Shown here piece after piece: positions 12,838 to 25,870 of a DNA stretch of 64,000 bases. The notes under the pieces are model-generated. The model worked only from the letters and a program-made list of their open reading frames with translations. It was not told the origin of the DNA and searched no databases. Source of the DNA: Squalus acanthias (Eukaryota); NCBI GenBank assembly GCA_030390025.1, contig CM059433.1, positions 6,200,001-6,264,000 of the forward strand, given 5' to 3'. Each line of letters opens with the position of its first letter. Position 1 is the stretch's first letter. A program made the translations under genes and the position numbers.

Positions 12838-13428
12838 AAGTGAGAAGTCGCACAACACCAGGTTATAGTCCAACAGTTTTATTTGAAATCACAAGCTTTC
12901 GGAGCTGCTGCCCCTTCGTCAGGTGAAGTGAAGGAATACGAATCGGCAAAGCATATATAGACAGAGAACAATGCCTGTGTAGCGTACAATCTCAGACGAC
13001 TACAGTTAATCTATCTGACTGCCTTTCTCTGCCGAGGTGCTGAGAAAGCAATCAGGTCAGCCAGGAAGGCACCACATCAAAGACATAGCAAGATACAACT
13101 GAGACAATGAGGTGGGGTCACAGGGGGTCTAATGTGTCAAATGCAGTCTGTATGGAAAACCATAAACTTTAAAATTTTTACTTTTTTTTTACTGGAAATC
13201 ACATCTGTGAACAAGCCAATGACGACTCGAGTCTGGATGACTCTACGTCGTGTAGTGTGACATGAACCCAAGATCTCGGTTGAGGCCGTCCTCATGGGTG
13301 CGGAACTTGGCTATCAGTTTCTGCTCGATGATTTTGCGTTGTCGTGTGTCTCGAAGGCCGCCTTGGAGAACGCTTACCCGCAGATCCGAGGCTGAATGTC
13401 CTTGACTGCTGAAGTGTTCTCCGACTGT
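12838..13428 (-). mobile_element. 5'-truncated Penelope element (GIY-YIG C-terminus, 3' UTR, hammerhead)
   Basis: VGEHFSSQGHSASDLRVSVLQG...RTHEDGLNRDLGFMSHY is nearly identical to the ORF end at 51250-51436. Confidence 0.92.
12889..12927 (-). ncRNA. Minimal type-I hammerhead ribozyme motif
   Basis: Reverse complement TTCAC-CTGACGA-A-GGGGC-AGCA-GCTCC-GAAA-GC-TT-GTGA: core intact, palindromic AAGCTT stem III. Confidence 0.8.
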
Positions 13429-14158
13429 GCAAAATAATTGGTGGAAGAGCCTCCACAGATTCCCGTCTTGGACAGATGTGGGCTTCATAGGCAGTTGGGA
13501 ATTGTTGAGGTGATTTTTGAGTTGGTCATAGTCATGGAGCAGATATATGAGGTACGTTTTAGGTCAAAGGCCAAGAATATTGGTCGGTAATGATGGCGGG
13601 GCCATCATAATTATTGGGTTTCAATTGTTGATTAGAAACAGTTTCTTTAAAAGAAGTGAAACAAATAACATTTTTGTTGCCCCATTGCAAGAGAAGATTG
13701 TTGTCTGGAGATTGTTTGCACTGAAATTGTGATTTGAAGGAAGTTGTTGAACCAGTAGCAAAGGATAAAATAGGGTTGGATGATAAATGGAGGAGGTCAT
13801 TTATATGAAGAAGCAAACAGATCAGAGTAGACCATCAGAGTAAGGTGTGAAGATTTGTCTACCATTTCCCTTAAACTTGCAGTGTATTCAAATATAGTTT
13901 GAAAGTTAGGATATGTGAAAAGGTATAGTCCCTAAACTGGTGTTTCATTAAAATAAATATTTTCTAATAAAATAATGTGTAGTTCATTTGGACATAGTTT
14001 TGTATAATTCTGTATGTTAAAAACTGGTTAACCTCAATGTTGCCATATGTAAATGATTTAAGCATAAGAATAATGGTGGCAACACAAAAATGTTTTAAAA
14101 TCTTGGACATTTTCAGAATTTATGTTTGTACTTACAAATGTACTTTTACAATCTGTAG

Positions 14159-14397
14159 AAGGAAGAGGAGGAGTTGGAAGGAAAACCTAGTGACGCAGAG
14201 AGCTCTGAAAGTTCCGATGATGATCGAGGCTGGGTTGAAGAGGTCCAAAAACAGCATAAACTCCTGCGCAAAGAACAAAAATTGAGACTGATGGAACATG
14301 ATCAGCAAACTCATTCGAAGCCAAAATTCTTTGAGATCAAAACTGGAGAAGAGTTCAGAAGTTTTAAAGATGCTGCCCGAAAACAAAAGCTGCTCAA
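14159..14397 (+). CDS. NOL10: NOL10 coding exon (KEEEELEGKPSDAESSESSDDD...KQKLL)
   Basis: TAG acceptor at 14156-14158, GTGAGT donor at 14398; phase-2 end joins the next exon. Confidence 0.93.
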
Positions 14398-14485
14398 GTG
14401 AGTGTGGCTTCTATGTTTCAGTAAACTGATGGTTTTTACCTTTCTGATAGTGTACATAATACAAATTTCCCTAGTAGTAGATGGA

Positions 14486-14953
14486 TGAGATTCACCAGAA
14501 TGTTACCAGGCCTCCAAGGGTTAGATAATGAGAGATTATATAAACTAGGTTTAGAGATTACATAAACTAAAATAGGCCCTGAAATATAGACAGTTAAGGG
14601 GTGACTTGATTGAGGTTTTTAGGATTTTGAAAGGAATTGACAGGGTAGATAGAGAGAAACTTTATTTGCTGGTGGGAGAGTCTAGGACAAGGGGACATCT
14701 TAAAATCAGAGCCAGGGCATTCAGGAAAAAAGTTAAGAAACACTTTACACAAAGGGTGAGCTCTCCCACAAAAATAGTAGATGCTAGCTCAGTTAATAGT
14801 TTTAAATCTGAGATTGGTTTTTTTTTCTGACCAAGGGTATTAAGGCATATGGAGCCACGTTAGTTGGGCGGCATTAGGATACAGATCAGCCATGATCTCA
14901 CTGAATGGCGGAACAGGTTCGAGTGGCTGAATGGCCTCCTCTTGTTCCTATGA
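14486..14953 (+). mobile_element. CR1 LINE 3' fragment
   Basis: LRGDLIEVFRILKG...SRTRGH C-terminal CR1 motif; GGCCTCCT tail. Confidence 0.85.
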
Positions 14954-15096
14954 GGCGTGTTGTTGCTCTGCCTTCCTCCCCTGCCCCCAAATGAGGGACA
15001 TCTGGGCAAAGTTGTCTACCTTTTCTAATCGAAGATATCAATAACTCATTCAAAAAAACCCCACAGAGTATTTGAAGATATTTTATCAATATTTGA

Positions 15097-15965
15097 GGGT
15101 CAGCTTTGCATACTTGGTAGCACTCTTGTTTCTGAGTCAAAGTTGTGGGTTCAAGTTCCACTCTGGGCTTGGACACATAGGGGGAAAAAGAGTCGCGCCC
15201 CGAAAATTAGCGCACGCCCCCCCTCCCGCGGCCGAAATTCATCGGCACCCTCTCCGAAACTCGAGAAGTGCCGGGCTCATGGAGTGCGGCACTCCGTGGG
15301 GGGGGTTGCTCAGGAGGCCAGGGATGGCATTGGAGGCAGGTGCTGGCAGGCGGCCAGCAACAAAAATGGCCGCCTGGCACCTCGCCTTTAATTAGCGCCG
15401 CCCCGGCTGCAGGTAGGCCCCCTGACCCCGTCGGACATAGTCCGGCGGTAAGTTAGGGGGTGCTACCGAAGATCGCGGCCGGGGCGCTAATGGTTACCGC
15501 CGCCGCTAACCTCCCACTGAATTTCGCGGGAGGCGTTGGCAGCGCCGCGCCCAGGCGCTAGTTGCTTTGATCCCCGTTAGCGCAAAGCAGCCGAATTTCT
15601 CCCACATAATCTATGCTGGCATTTCCGTGCAATACTGAGGTGATCTGCTTTGTCAGAGGTGTTATTTTTTGGATGGCACATTAAATTGAGGCCCTGTCTG
15701 CCTACTCAAATGATGTAAAAGATCCTGTGGCATTATTTGAAGAAGTATGGGGAGTTCTCTCACTGTCCTGGTCAGTATTCTTCCCCAGCTAATACCAGCA
15801 AAAACAGATTAACTGGTCATTCATCTCATTTCCTGTTTCTGGGGCCTTGCTGTATGCAATTTGGCTGCCACGTTTGCCTATATAACAATGATGACACTTC
15901 GAGTTAATTTGTTGACTTGAGGATGTTCGGAGGACATGAAAGGCACTGTATAAGGGAAGTTTGTT
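15097..15965 (+). mobile_element. tRNA-head Deu-domain SINE split by a MITE
   Basis: A/B-box-like head (TGGTAGCAC...GGGTTCAAGTTCC); body resumes at 15606. Confidence 0.75.
15180..15605. mobile_element. GC-rich Harbinger-type MITE nested in the SINE
   Basis: ATA duplicated on both sides; imperfect TIR GGGGGAAAAA / AATTTCTCCCAC; right end homologous to the element starting at 63392. Confidence 0.75.
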
Positions 15966-16144
15966 CTTATAGTTGCAAATTTGTAAAATGTAAAAATGAT
16001 GGGACCAACCGTTAAAATGCTAGGCCAGTTATTTATAGTAACTGCCCTATTCTCCCAGCCCCCTTCCCCCTTTCACCCCTGCACCAGAAAACCCAAGTAA
16101 TGCAATTTTGTCTCAATAAAGAAGAAACTTCTTTATCCAAAGAG

Positions 16145-16692
16145 TGGTATCATCCTTGTAAATCTTCTCTGCACCCTCTCCAGTGCCTCTATAGCCATAT
16201 TATAAAAAGGATATAGAGGCACTGGAGAGGGTGCAGAGAAGATTTACAAGGATGATACCAGAAATGAGAGGGTATACATATCAGGAAAGGATGAACAGGC
16301 TGGGTCTCTTTTTTCTCTTGGAAAATTATGAAAAATTTTGATAGAGTGGATACAGAGAGAATGTTTCCACTTGTGGGGAAGAGCAAAACTAGAGACCATC
16401 AATATAAGATAGTCACCAAGAAATCCAATAGGGAATTCAGAAGAAACTTCTTTACCCAGGTTGGTGAGAATGTGGAACTCGCTACCACAGGGAGTGGTTG
16501 AAGCAAATGGTATAGATGCATTTAAGGGGAGGCTAGATAAGCATATGAGGGAGAAGGGAGTAGAGGGTTACGCTGATGGATTTAGATGAGGAGGAAAAAC
16601 TGGAGGAGGCTCGTGTGAAGCATAAACGCCGGCATGGACTGGTTGGGCCAAATGGCCTATTTCTGTGCCGTATATCCGATGTAATCCCATGT
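16145..16692 (+). mobile_element. CR1 3' fragment with 5' fold-back inversion
   Basis: DIEALERVQRRFTRMIPE motif; 16145-16193 is the exact reverse complement of 16212-16260. Confidence 0.88.
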
Positions 16693-17259
16693 AAAAGCAT
16701 TACTGAGGTGTCCCTACTCCATGTCTTTGTGGGTAAATGCAATGTATGATGTATTGAACCATATGGACCCGAATGCTTCCTTGTCTGTGCTGCATTAGTT
16801 GACTTCAGCTAACCATCAGTAGGAGTACAGGAGCCTTCAGTGTCCCAAGGCTTTATTTTTAAAAATCAGTGAGGAATCTTATTCCTCAATGATTATGCAA
16901 TAATACCCACTGGAAGTACGCATGTGTGGATGTTGGGTCAGCGAAGAAGCCATTTGGATTATTTCCTCAGTTGAATAGCCTGATGATAAGTGACTGTGTA
17001 TATAGCCTCTACGGTTGAGGTACTTGACAATCACATAGTGAAATCCTATCTTAGCGTGACCCCCTGCTTTCAGAAAGGATGGGAAATGGAATCTGAGAAC
17101 GGGCTATGATAGTCATCCAACGTTACATTGCTGATCGACTTCATTCTAACCATTCTACATATTTTACATTTCTGGCACTTGTAACATCCTATAGAGGTGT
17201 ATAAAACACTTCAAATTTCTATGCTTGCCATTATTTTCTTTTTACTTGATATCGTACAG

Positions 17260-17362
17260 AACCACACTTGAAGATCGCTTGAAAGATGAGGAAAAGTCTG
17301 GAACACTCCATCTATCTGACACCACTGTAGGCAGTAAACAGTTAACATTCACCCTCAAAAAG
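17260..17362 (+). CDS. NOL10: NOL10 coding exon (K-TTLEDRLKDEEKSGTLHLSDTTVGSKQLTFTLKK)
   Basis: CAG acceptor, GTGAGT donor; SDTTVGSKQLTFTLK motif. Confidence 0.95.
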
Positions 17363-17739
17363 GTGAGTTAATTCTACAGTGTTATTTACAATAAGGTTGG
17401 AATATTCATAGATGTGATAAAGTAAGAGTGAACAAATAAGGTAAAACTACAAGATTATCACATTGACCATCAATTCAGAGGGCTGAAAACTTGTGTCCCG
17501 TTGCATAGCACTCTCATTACAGTCCTCACTTGGAAAATTCTATTATTGTTAAATGGATCAGGCAACATTAATTCACGAGTAGAAATCCTTCCCTTCGAAA
17601 TAAAAAAAGACATATATATTTGGACAATAATGCAGCTGCAATTACTACAGTTTTAACAATGCAAGCATCTAATTTCACCTTGATCCATTTTGAAGATTTC
17701 AGTTATTGTAGTCAGCACTGTGATCTATCCCTATTGATA

Positions 17740-18260
17740 CAGAATCATTAAATGTTATAGTACACAAACCAGGTGTTTGGCCCATCAAGTCTGTGCCAGT
17801 GTTTTTCTCCACATAAGCCACCTAGTCTAATCCCACTCTGCTGTTTGCCCCCCGCCCCCCCAAGACCCTTAATCTTTTTCAACCAACTAATTCCCTTTTA
17901 AAAGAATTTATGGACTCTGCTTCAACTAATTTGTAACATGGAATCCCACGTATTAACCACCTGTGTACATAAAATATAAATTCTAACCTCCCTTTTAATT
18001 CTTTCTGTGATCATCCTAAATTTGTAGCCTCTTGTTAATGTCTTGCTGATTAGTGACAACAAACTATCACTTCTTTCCTTCTAAGCTTTCAGAATCTTTT
18101 AGACCTCTATCCGATCACCCCCTTAATCTCCTCCGCTCTAATGAAAAAAGCCCTAACTTCTCAAATATCTCTAACATCCCAGTGAATCTACACACCTTCT
18201 TCCAATGTTTTTATATCCTTATAATCAGGTACCCAAAACTACAACCACAGCCTAACTAAG
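17740..18260 (-). mobile_element. Old CR1 3' fragment
   Basis: ACAGAATC tail on +; reverse complement RRLRG-like motif. Confidence 0.7.
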
Positions 18261-19115
18261 GTATTTTTTTAAACATTGTGATTGGAACAAATAAAGACAT
18301 AAATAAGTGAAGTGCCCAGATTGTTACAGAGCAGAAACTAATTTTTATGGAAGATTGCAACTTAATTTGATCCTGATTAACCAGAAATGAGAGGAATCTG
18401 TTAAATGCTTCAAGTCTTTCTACCCTGTGTTTTGGGGTGTGTGGTGGGGGATAGTATCAAATAAACCTCTTAAAATGCTTTAATGTAATCAAATAATTCA
18501 TTTTACGGTGATAAATGAGGATGAGCATGTAGTCCTGAAATTGGCAACGTGAATAATACAAATTTCACAATTGTTCATGTCAATCAATAATTAAGCATTT
18601 TCTCAGGCAAAATAAATCTTGTCTGAGACTTGATAAATATGTAACTGAAAAGTTTAGTTTGTATGGAAATAGTGTCATAAGACCAGTTATATTATTTTCA
18701 CACTGCTCAAAGTGGTTAGTCACTGAAGTAAACCTGCAATCTTGAAAATTCCATTACTTTTTGGAGGCTTCAGTTTAAAAAAAAACCTTTACATTCCTGT
18801 CAAATTATGCTTGTTACCACATGAGCTACCTGATTTGTTTCTAATATTTTGAGCATTTTAATGTGTTCCTTTTATTCACACATCTTTTGGGCATGGCAGC
18901 ACATAAAACTCAGCCGTCCTAGTTTGACTAAAAAAGCACAAATGAATTTGAGTCCGAGGACAAAGTAACTGTAATAAGCAGTTAGCATTCTCATCTGCTG
19001 CAGCATATGGGGCATTTCATAATGGAATGGAATTTTACTACTGAATTGATGCTGAACAGTAGAAATTCATGGAGGATCTGTGCATTTCTTAATTCATTAT
19101 TATGGCTCTTTCACT

Positions 19116-19551
19116 TATATACGTGGACAGGCTGGAGAAGCTGGATTTGTTTTCATTCGAGCAAAGGAGGTTGAGGGGTGATTTGATAGAGGTGTACAAG
19201 ATTATGATGGGTTTGGATAGGCTAGACAGGGAAAGGCTGTTCCCACTAGTTAATGGTACAAGGACTAGGGGACACAGATTTAAGGTTTTGGGCAAGAGAT
19301 ACAGGGGGGATGTGAGGAAAAGCTCTTTTACGCAGCGAGTGGTGAGGACCTGGAACTCACTGCCGACGGAAGTGGTGGAAGCGGAGACACTCAATGTTTT
19401 CAAGGGGAGACTGGATAGGCACTTGAGGGAAATAAACTTGCAGGGCTACGGGGATAGAGCGGGGCAATGGGACTGACTGGATTGCTCTACAGAGATCTGG
19501 CACCGTCGCGATAGGCCGAATGGCCTCCTTCTGTGCCGTTATGACTCTATG
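19116..19551 (+). mobile_element. Young CR1 3' fragment
   Basis: Open frame RLEKLDLFSFEQRRLRGDLIEVYKIM...RVVRTWNSLP; tail TATGACTCTATG. Confidence 0.9.
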
Positions 19552-19669
19552 TATTTGTGGGTGGGTGTGTGAAATAGAGCAGATTAAAAAAATTATCTGT
19601 AGGCTGTCCTACCCTACTCTTATTTTTAATAAACAAAACCCAATTGAAATTGTTGAGCCAAATGTTGCT

Positions 19670-20410
19670 GTAGCAGGGCATCTAACCGTGTCTGCCGTTA
19701 GTTAGACTTGCTTTGCACTTTTAGGTTTTTAAATTTTTTGCATGACAAGTTGCTGAAAGTGCGAGCTGATAAAGTCACAGCGAGGGAAGCCGGGCATCTG
19801 GGACCCGAGTGAGCTGGACAGGCAACTGTGTATCTCCATAACCAATGAGATTAAAGGATTGTGAAATTAACAGCGCAAGGACTGAGATGGAAGTGTAAAT
19901 TAGAGCGTGTGAATTCAATATCAAATCGGGTACAACAAGAGAAAGAGAAGGAAAGAATTGGAAAGAATTATCAGATTGAGAGCAAGAAAAGAGACAAAGG
20001 AAAAAAAATTACAATTTGACATTTAAAAAATTTCCAATTAAAACCTGAAGGAATGAGACTCCACGCTTGTGTTAATTTTCAGTGTCAGAGAGGTTGTTTG
20101 GCAGTAATTAACACTTATCACATTGTTAAAAGGATACTTAGACTGGAATGGACAAGACTTAACTTTCTGTGGTGAGTTTAGTTTGTTTCTACCGCACAAG
20201 TACAGCAACTTCACGCCATTCAGTGCATTTTAATGGTGAGGCAATCCGAGAGATGCTGTTTTTGCGGAGATAACGGCGGAGTAACACAACTCTGACTGCA
20301 ACTTTTGGATAACCACGCATGTGCCCCTTGCCTACAGTTCTGTTCCATTTGCGCATAAATAACAGAGCGCGCCATTAGCCTCACTGTTATTTTGACAGGA
20401 AAATCTAGGC
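19670..20410. mobile_element. MITE-like remnant
   Basis: Ends in GGAAAATCTAGGC, which resembles the other Harbinger-type TIRs; matching left TIR not found. Confidence 0.45.
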
Positions 20411-23006
20411 TGTTATATCTGACATTTTTTCAATGAAACTCTTAGCTTCAGACATGATGAACTGCTGTTGAGATTTTGGAGCAGAACTTGACCATCTATT
20501 GGCTTTTTGTGTTCGAGTTGAAATGTAATACCCATTGCCTGACTCCCCAACAACTGACTTTCAGACCAAGTAAGTTGCCTTCGCAGCTGAGGCAGAGGAG
20601 TGGCAGACAGTCCGGGCAGAACAGGAGAGGCTGGGCCTAGTTGGTGGAACACCATACTAGAAGAGCAGATGTAGATGCCAAACATGGGCTGGGGAGCAGG
20701 AGAAAGGTTGGCATTCAGGAGGGGGAAAAAAATTCTGCCTTGGAAACAGCAGGCATTGTGAGTGATAAGGATGTGGATGTGCTGTAAGTGCCATGACTGT
20801 GGGGTTTGGGTGGGGCTGGCTGGTGGAGTAGAACAGTGTGGGTGGAAATGGCACTGACTGCCATTGGGATAGGGTGTATCTGGGATTTAGACTGTTGATG
20901 AGGAATGCAGTATGGGTACATTAGGCTATGGGTGGGGATGGATGAGTAAGTTAATAATGGAGTACAATTATTGAATTAACTAGGATTTAGTGTTAATCAT
21001 GTGAAATAAATTGTATTTTCTAGAGTATATATTGGGGGGGGCGGGTTGCTAACTAGCACAGCAGCTGAAAGATTAAAATTGTTGTGAGGTCATCTTATTG
21101 AAATTTCTTGGTTGCGTTTGACAGTTGCTGATTTTTTTGTTTATTGCTTTTTAGTGAATGAAACATTTAAGCCAAATAGCATGCAGTTGTAAAAATGCTG
21201 CTTTGATTGGTAAATTTAAGCAATTGATATGCTTCGTGCCTACACAGGCAAAAGGACCCATGCTTTCTGACATCTTACAGATATGCATCAGGCCCACAAC
21301 TTCTAATTTTATGTAAATGGTTAATTGCAGGCAAAGAAAGTGTTGTACCTCAATAAATGCATACTTGACAAAATACTTGTCAGCTGCAATCCACTGCTAT
21401 TAGTCTGGTTTGGAATACAGATTCCTGGTTCACAGACCTGTTTTTTAAATTTCTGAATGAGTTCTCTCTCATCTTGGTCTCAATATGTAATCTATTTAAA
21501 AAGTAAATGCCACTCCATATGTTTAATCTGGATTATAGTTGGTCTCACTCTTTTTAAATGTAAAAGTCTCATTCCAAGTATTTTTTCAGTGTTGGCTACT
21601 CTGGGATTTGTGACACTAACCTCAGATTGAAAGGCAGGTCACTGCAAAACAGATCTTTACCATTTTGAGCCAGTTCAACAGATTGGTTTGCTTGATCTGT
21701 CACCAGGTCATGTGATGTACAGTGACCTTGTGTGGACATTGCAGTCAACATTCAAATCAAACTTCCAATAATTTCTTTTTTAGTGAAGTTTCAATTTGAT
21801 CCTCCAGTTAAGAATACTCTGATCCAGTGCATATAACCTGTCACCATTGTGTCTGAGATAGAGCACAGGCTCTTCAGTATCTTGCATAACTGCCTTAGAG
21901 AAAATCACAAACCTCCATCAGTAGGCAATTGGATAAGGTATAGAGACCATGGGCTAGATAGGCAATCTTCCAGATTGCCGCCCGGGCAGTGAAGACAAAA
22001 ATCTACCCCAAAGTGTCATCAATACCAACAAAGTGATGCCCCAGATGGGCACCTTATCTACGTCACATTAATTCTCTGTTTCGTGGAGATTATTTACAGA
22101 ACTACAGTGTTCACATCAAATCAGCTTGAAGTTGTTCATAGCTGATGTGGGAGTGGAGCAAAATCATACTGGTACAATAGGGGCACTCTTCTGATTTGGG
22201 AATAAGGTTGCCTTGTTGGACAGAGTTGATGAAGCATTGCTCTGTATTTGACATTTGATGCCGACACTGGATAGCAAAAGTAGAAAATGTTCTGTTCTCT
22301 TTGAGCACAAACATTTGCTATTAAATTAAAGCAACCTCCTGAAATTCAGTATGTGAAAAAATTGGGAGGGGGAGGAGGAGGAGACATTGAGGTGGAGGAG
22401 AATCTGGCATAGAAGCCTCTTTTTTGGGAGGAAATGAGTGACCGGTCCCTTGATGGTTAAAAAAAAATAGAAAACAATGCAAAGTCTGTCCTGCTAATCA
22501 TTAAGTTTTTTATGTGTGTGGTAAATTTAAAAGATCTGTACTTCCATGCACAAGTAAGAGGAAAAAAAAAATTTCTGCAGCTAGGAAAAAGCATCGTCCT
22601 TACCTTGGCATGACCTTATTTTTATTTGTGAATCTTTAAGTACGTCAGTAGTTGCAGCCTAAATTTTTGGGTGTAATGTTTTACTTTCATACTGCAGTAG
22701 ATATACAAACTAGAATAACATTTAAAAGGTGCATTGTCATTACTGTTGCGTGCATTAATTTTGATTCTAAAAATTGGGAAAGTATTCTGAACACTCGCAG
22801 TTTTTCGAGTATCTAACTTTTCTTTCCATTTGTAATTAGCGTTTGGAAGTGTTAGTTACAAGCAACAAATGTTACATTTTTGTTGACGTTTCTAATGGTT
22901 CTTCCAAAGTTTTACAATGGGGAAAATAAATTACCACTAATGAGATTTATTGAGACACAAAATCACAGCTGATGCATGTAATAAGCCTAAATTCATAGTA
23001 CTAGTA

Positions 23007-23285
23007 CAACAACAACAACTTGTATTTATATAGCACCTTTAAAGTAGTAAAACGTCCCAAGGCTTTTCACAGGAGTATTATAAGGCACAAAATTTGACAC
23101 CGAGCCACATAAGGAGAAATTAGGGCAGGTGACCAAAAGCTTGGTCAAAGAGGTAGGTTTTAAGGAGCGTCTTAAAGGAGGAAAGAGAGGCGGAGAGGTT
23201 TAGGCAGGGAATTCCAGAGCTTGGGGCCTAGGCAACAGAAGGCACGGCCACCAATGGTGGAGCGATTATAATCAGGGATGCTCAA
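23007..23285 (-). mobile_element. Young L2 3' fragment
   Basis: (CAA)n CTTGTATTTATATAGC tail; near-identical to 56295-56570. Confidence 0.85.
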
Positions 23286-23729
23286 CCTTTCAATTCAAAG
23301 TACCTTCAGATATCTGACAACCCAAAATAGGTTTGCATTTTAAATATTTTTATATTTTTAAAGAGAGAATTTTTTAAAGAACAAAAACCTGAGGAGCTCC
23401 AAACTTAAGCCTCTTGACGAGCACAAACTTTTCTGGCTCTGCCCGAATATTAATTCTGTGTCAAATAGGTTTGCATGAACATCTTAATTAAGTACTGTAT
23501 ATTGATGCACATTTTATATGCAACTGTTGTGGCCTTACTCCGTGAAAGGTTCAGGTTTCTGATGCGCAAAAACTACTCATCAATTCTGAAAAAACAGCGC
23601 AAACTATTAAAGGATGTAGCCCTTAAAAATTATGCTAAATTATAATGGGACTTTTGGCTGCAATGCAGATTATTTCCCTGATAACCTTGTAATAACTACT
23701 ACACTTGATTTGTGTATTGTTCATCATTG

Positions 23730-23948
23730 GAGGCCATTTATTTAGTCACTACATTTCTGCCCTCTAGAAATCCCTGTCCTTTCCTCCCTGTTTTCAGGAA
23801 CCTCCCCAAAACCTGTGCTTTTGGTTCCCCCAGCTTAATCCTCTCCATTTTCCATTTTTCCCATTCTGTTCCACATCCACTGCTTTATCCTCGGTGTAAA
23901 GTGCTTTGAGATGCCTTTCTGCGTGTGCTGTAGAAATGCAAGTTGTTG
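23730..23948 (+). mobile_element. Old L2/SINE 3' end abutting the last NOL10 acceptor
   Basis: GTAAAGTGCTTTGAGATG...TAGAAATGCAAGTTGTTG tail. Confidence 0.65.
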
Positions 23949-23972
23949 AATCTCTTAACCTTCCCTTCATAG

Positions 23973-24092
23973 TCTGAACAACAAAAGAAGCGACAAGAGG
24001 CTGAGAAGCAGCATCATGAAGAAAGGAGACGACTCAGGCGTTCTGCAGGACACCTCCGAAGCAAAGCAGTGAAAGGGAAGCCATTCTTCTAA
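23973..24092 (+). CDS. NOL10: NOL10 terminal coding exon (SEQQKKRQEAEKQHHEERRRLRRSAGHLRSKAVKGKPFF*)
   Basis: ccttcccttcaTAG acceptor; RRSAGHL C-terminal motif; TAA at 24090-24092. Confidence 0.95.
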   Translation, partial: SEQQKKRQEAEKQHHEERRRLRRSAGHLRSKAVKGKPFF

Positions 24093-24741
24093 AGCAAAGA
24101 ACGTTACTGGGTTTCCATTTTATTTCCCTCAATGAATAACTGGGTGCCAAGCAGTTCCAAACACTGGAGTCAAAGCACCATCAGTAAAATGAAAACCAAC
24201 AATGAAGGCTATTTGCAGTAGCTTCAGACAGGAGCTCTTGCCATCTGCTACTTCAGATTAGACAACTTAGAAGAACTTAGATACGAGACCTTGAAAATTT
24301 GTATTTTTGGATAACATTCTCCACTGTACAGACAAAATATCATGTATATTTATCAGCACAAGGGTTTTTTTAAAAAAAATTACAAAATATTTGTTCATGT
24401 TTTGTCTGTTGAGCAGCACTTTTTTTTCGAAATCAGCATTTTTTCCATATCCACAAGCAGAAACAGAAAACAACTTGTTCTATTAGTTTAGCATTGTTCC
24501 TTTCCTTTAAATGAAACCAGCAATCTTGTGGTATGGAATGGATTGATCAGTATATAATGCCATAATGTAGGTGTGTTGATGGTTTTTATTGGTGAAGGTG
24601 GATTTCCTCAAGCATTCCTTAAAAGGATGCTGAAACACTGCAGATGATTTATAAATGTCATGTAAGAACTCTTTTTTTACGTAACCAGATCTGTTTGTAT
24701 TTGATTTGCCTGATCTACTTGAATCTCCTAATCCCCAACTT

Positions 24742-25870
24742 TGGGGGGAATTTTAACTTTCCTACTCTCCCCCCTCTCCCTCTTTCCCCTTTTTGTCGCT
24801 CTTTTTCCTCGTGCACTCTTTCCCTTTTCTCGCTCTCATTCCCTGCTGGGCAGGAATAGAATAGGCAACCATTAAAATGGAGCGGCTCCATTTCTCACTC
24901 CGATCCCCCAGTTTCTGATTTTGCTGCTGCTGGTTTTGTCGGCGGGTGAGGCGGCTGCTGAACTCGGGTGGAAGTCTCATACACAACTGCTAATCAGGGT
25001 CCTATAATATCATTAACTGGGACCTGAGTGGGCAAGCCATGCTAGATTTCCTGCTAGACAGAAGGGGTCCCTCCAAGATAGGTGTAAGAATTTTCTTTGT
25101 GGGGCCAGGAGGAGCAGGAGTGTATGGGCCTCCCCTTTCCCTCCTGGGAGACAATGCCAAGCGCCCTGCGTGACTTACCTGTGTGCCAGCGATCCTTCCC
25201 TTAGTACCAGCAGATAGTCTCCTTGATGCCTGAACTTTCTCTCTCGCCCACTGACTCTTATCCGTCAGTTTCTGGTGGACAGCTGAATGGCAGCATGCAG
25301 ATGAGGCCCAGCAGTTGAAATGTCCTGGGTCTGAAAGTGTGTACCATTTACAAAATGCACTGCAGCAACTTGCCAAGGCTTCTTCGACAGCACCTCCCAA
25401 ATCCATGACCTCTACTACCTAGAAGGGCGAGGGCAGCAGGTGCTTGGGAACACCACTACCTCCAAGTTTCCCTCCAAGTCACACACCATCCTGACTTGGA
25501 AATATACCACCTTTCCTTCATCGTCGCTGAGTCAAAATCTGGAACCCCCCCCTACCTATCAGCACTGTGGGACTTTCTCATTGAAACATATAAGATTCTG
25601 AGGGGGAATGACAGGGTAGCATAATCTCAGGATAAGGGGTCGGCCATTTAAGACTGAGATGAGGAAGAATTTCTTCATTCGGAGGGTTGTGAATCTTTGG
25701 AATTCTCTACCCCAAAGGCCTATGGATGCTGAATCGTTGAGTACATTCAAGGCTGAGATCGATTAGAAATTGGACTCTAGGGGATTCAAGAGATATAGAA
25801 ATCGGGCGGGAAAGTAGAATTGAGGTCGAAGATCAGCCAAGATCTTACTGAATGGCGGAGCAGGGTCAAG
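24742..25870. mobile_element. Composite repeat: MITE-like segment (24742-25335), LINE 3' piece (25340-25575), CR1 3' piece (25576-25870)
   Basis: GGGGGGAATTTTAAC TIR-like start; LINE pieces match 45170-45390 (reverse complement) and 62470-62680. Confidence 0.65.

Noticed and set aside
15097..15170. tRNA gene
   Set aside because: Degenerate tRNA-like SINE head continuing into a SINE body
17363..23972. U12-type intron suggested by CTCTTAAC near the acceptor
   Set aside because: The donor is GTGAGT (U2 type), not RTATCCT
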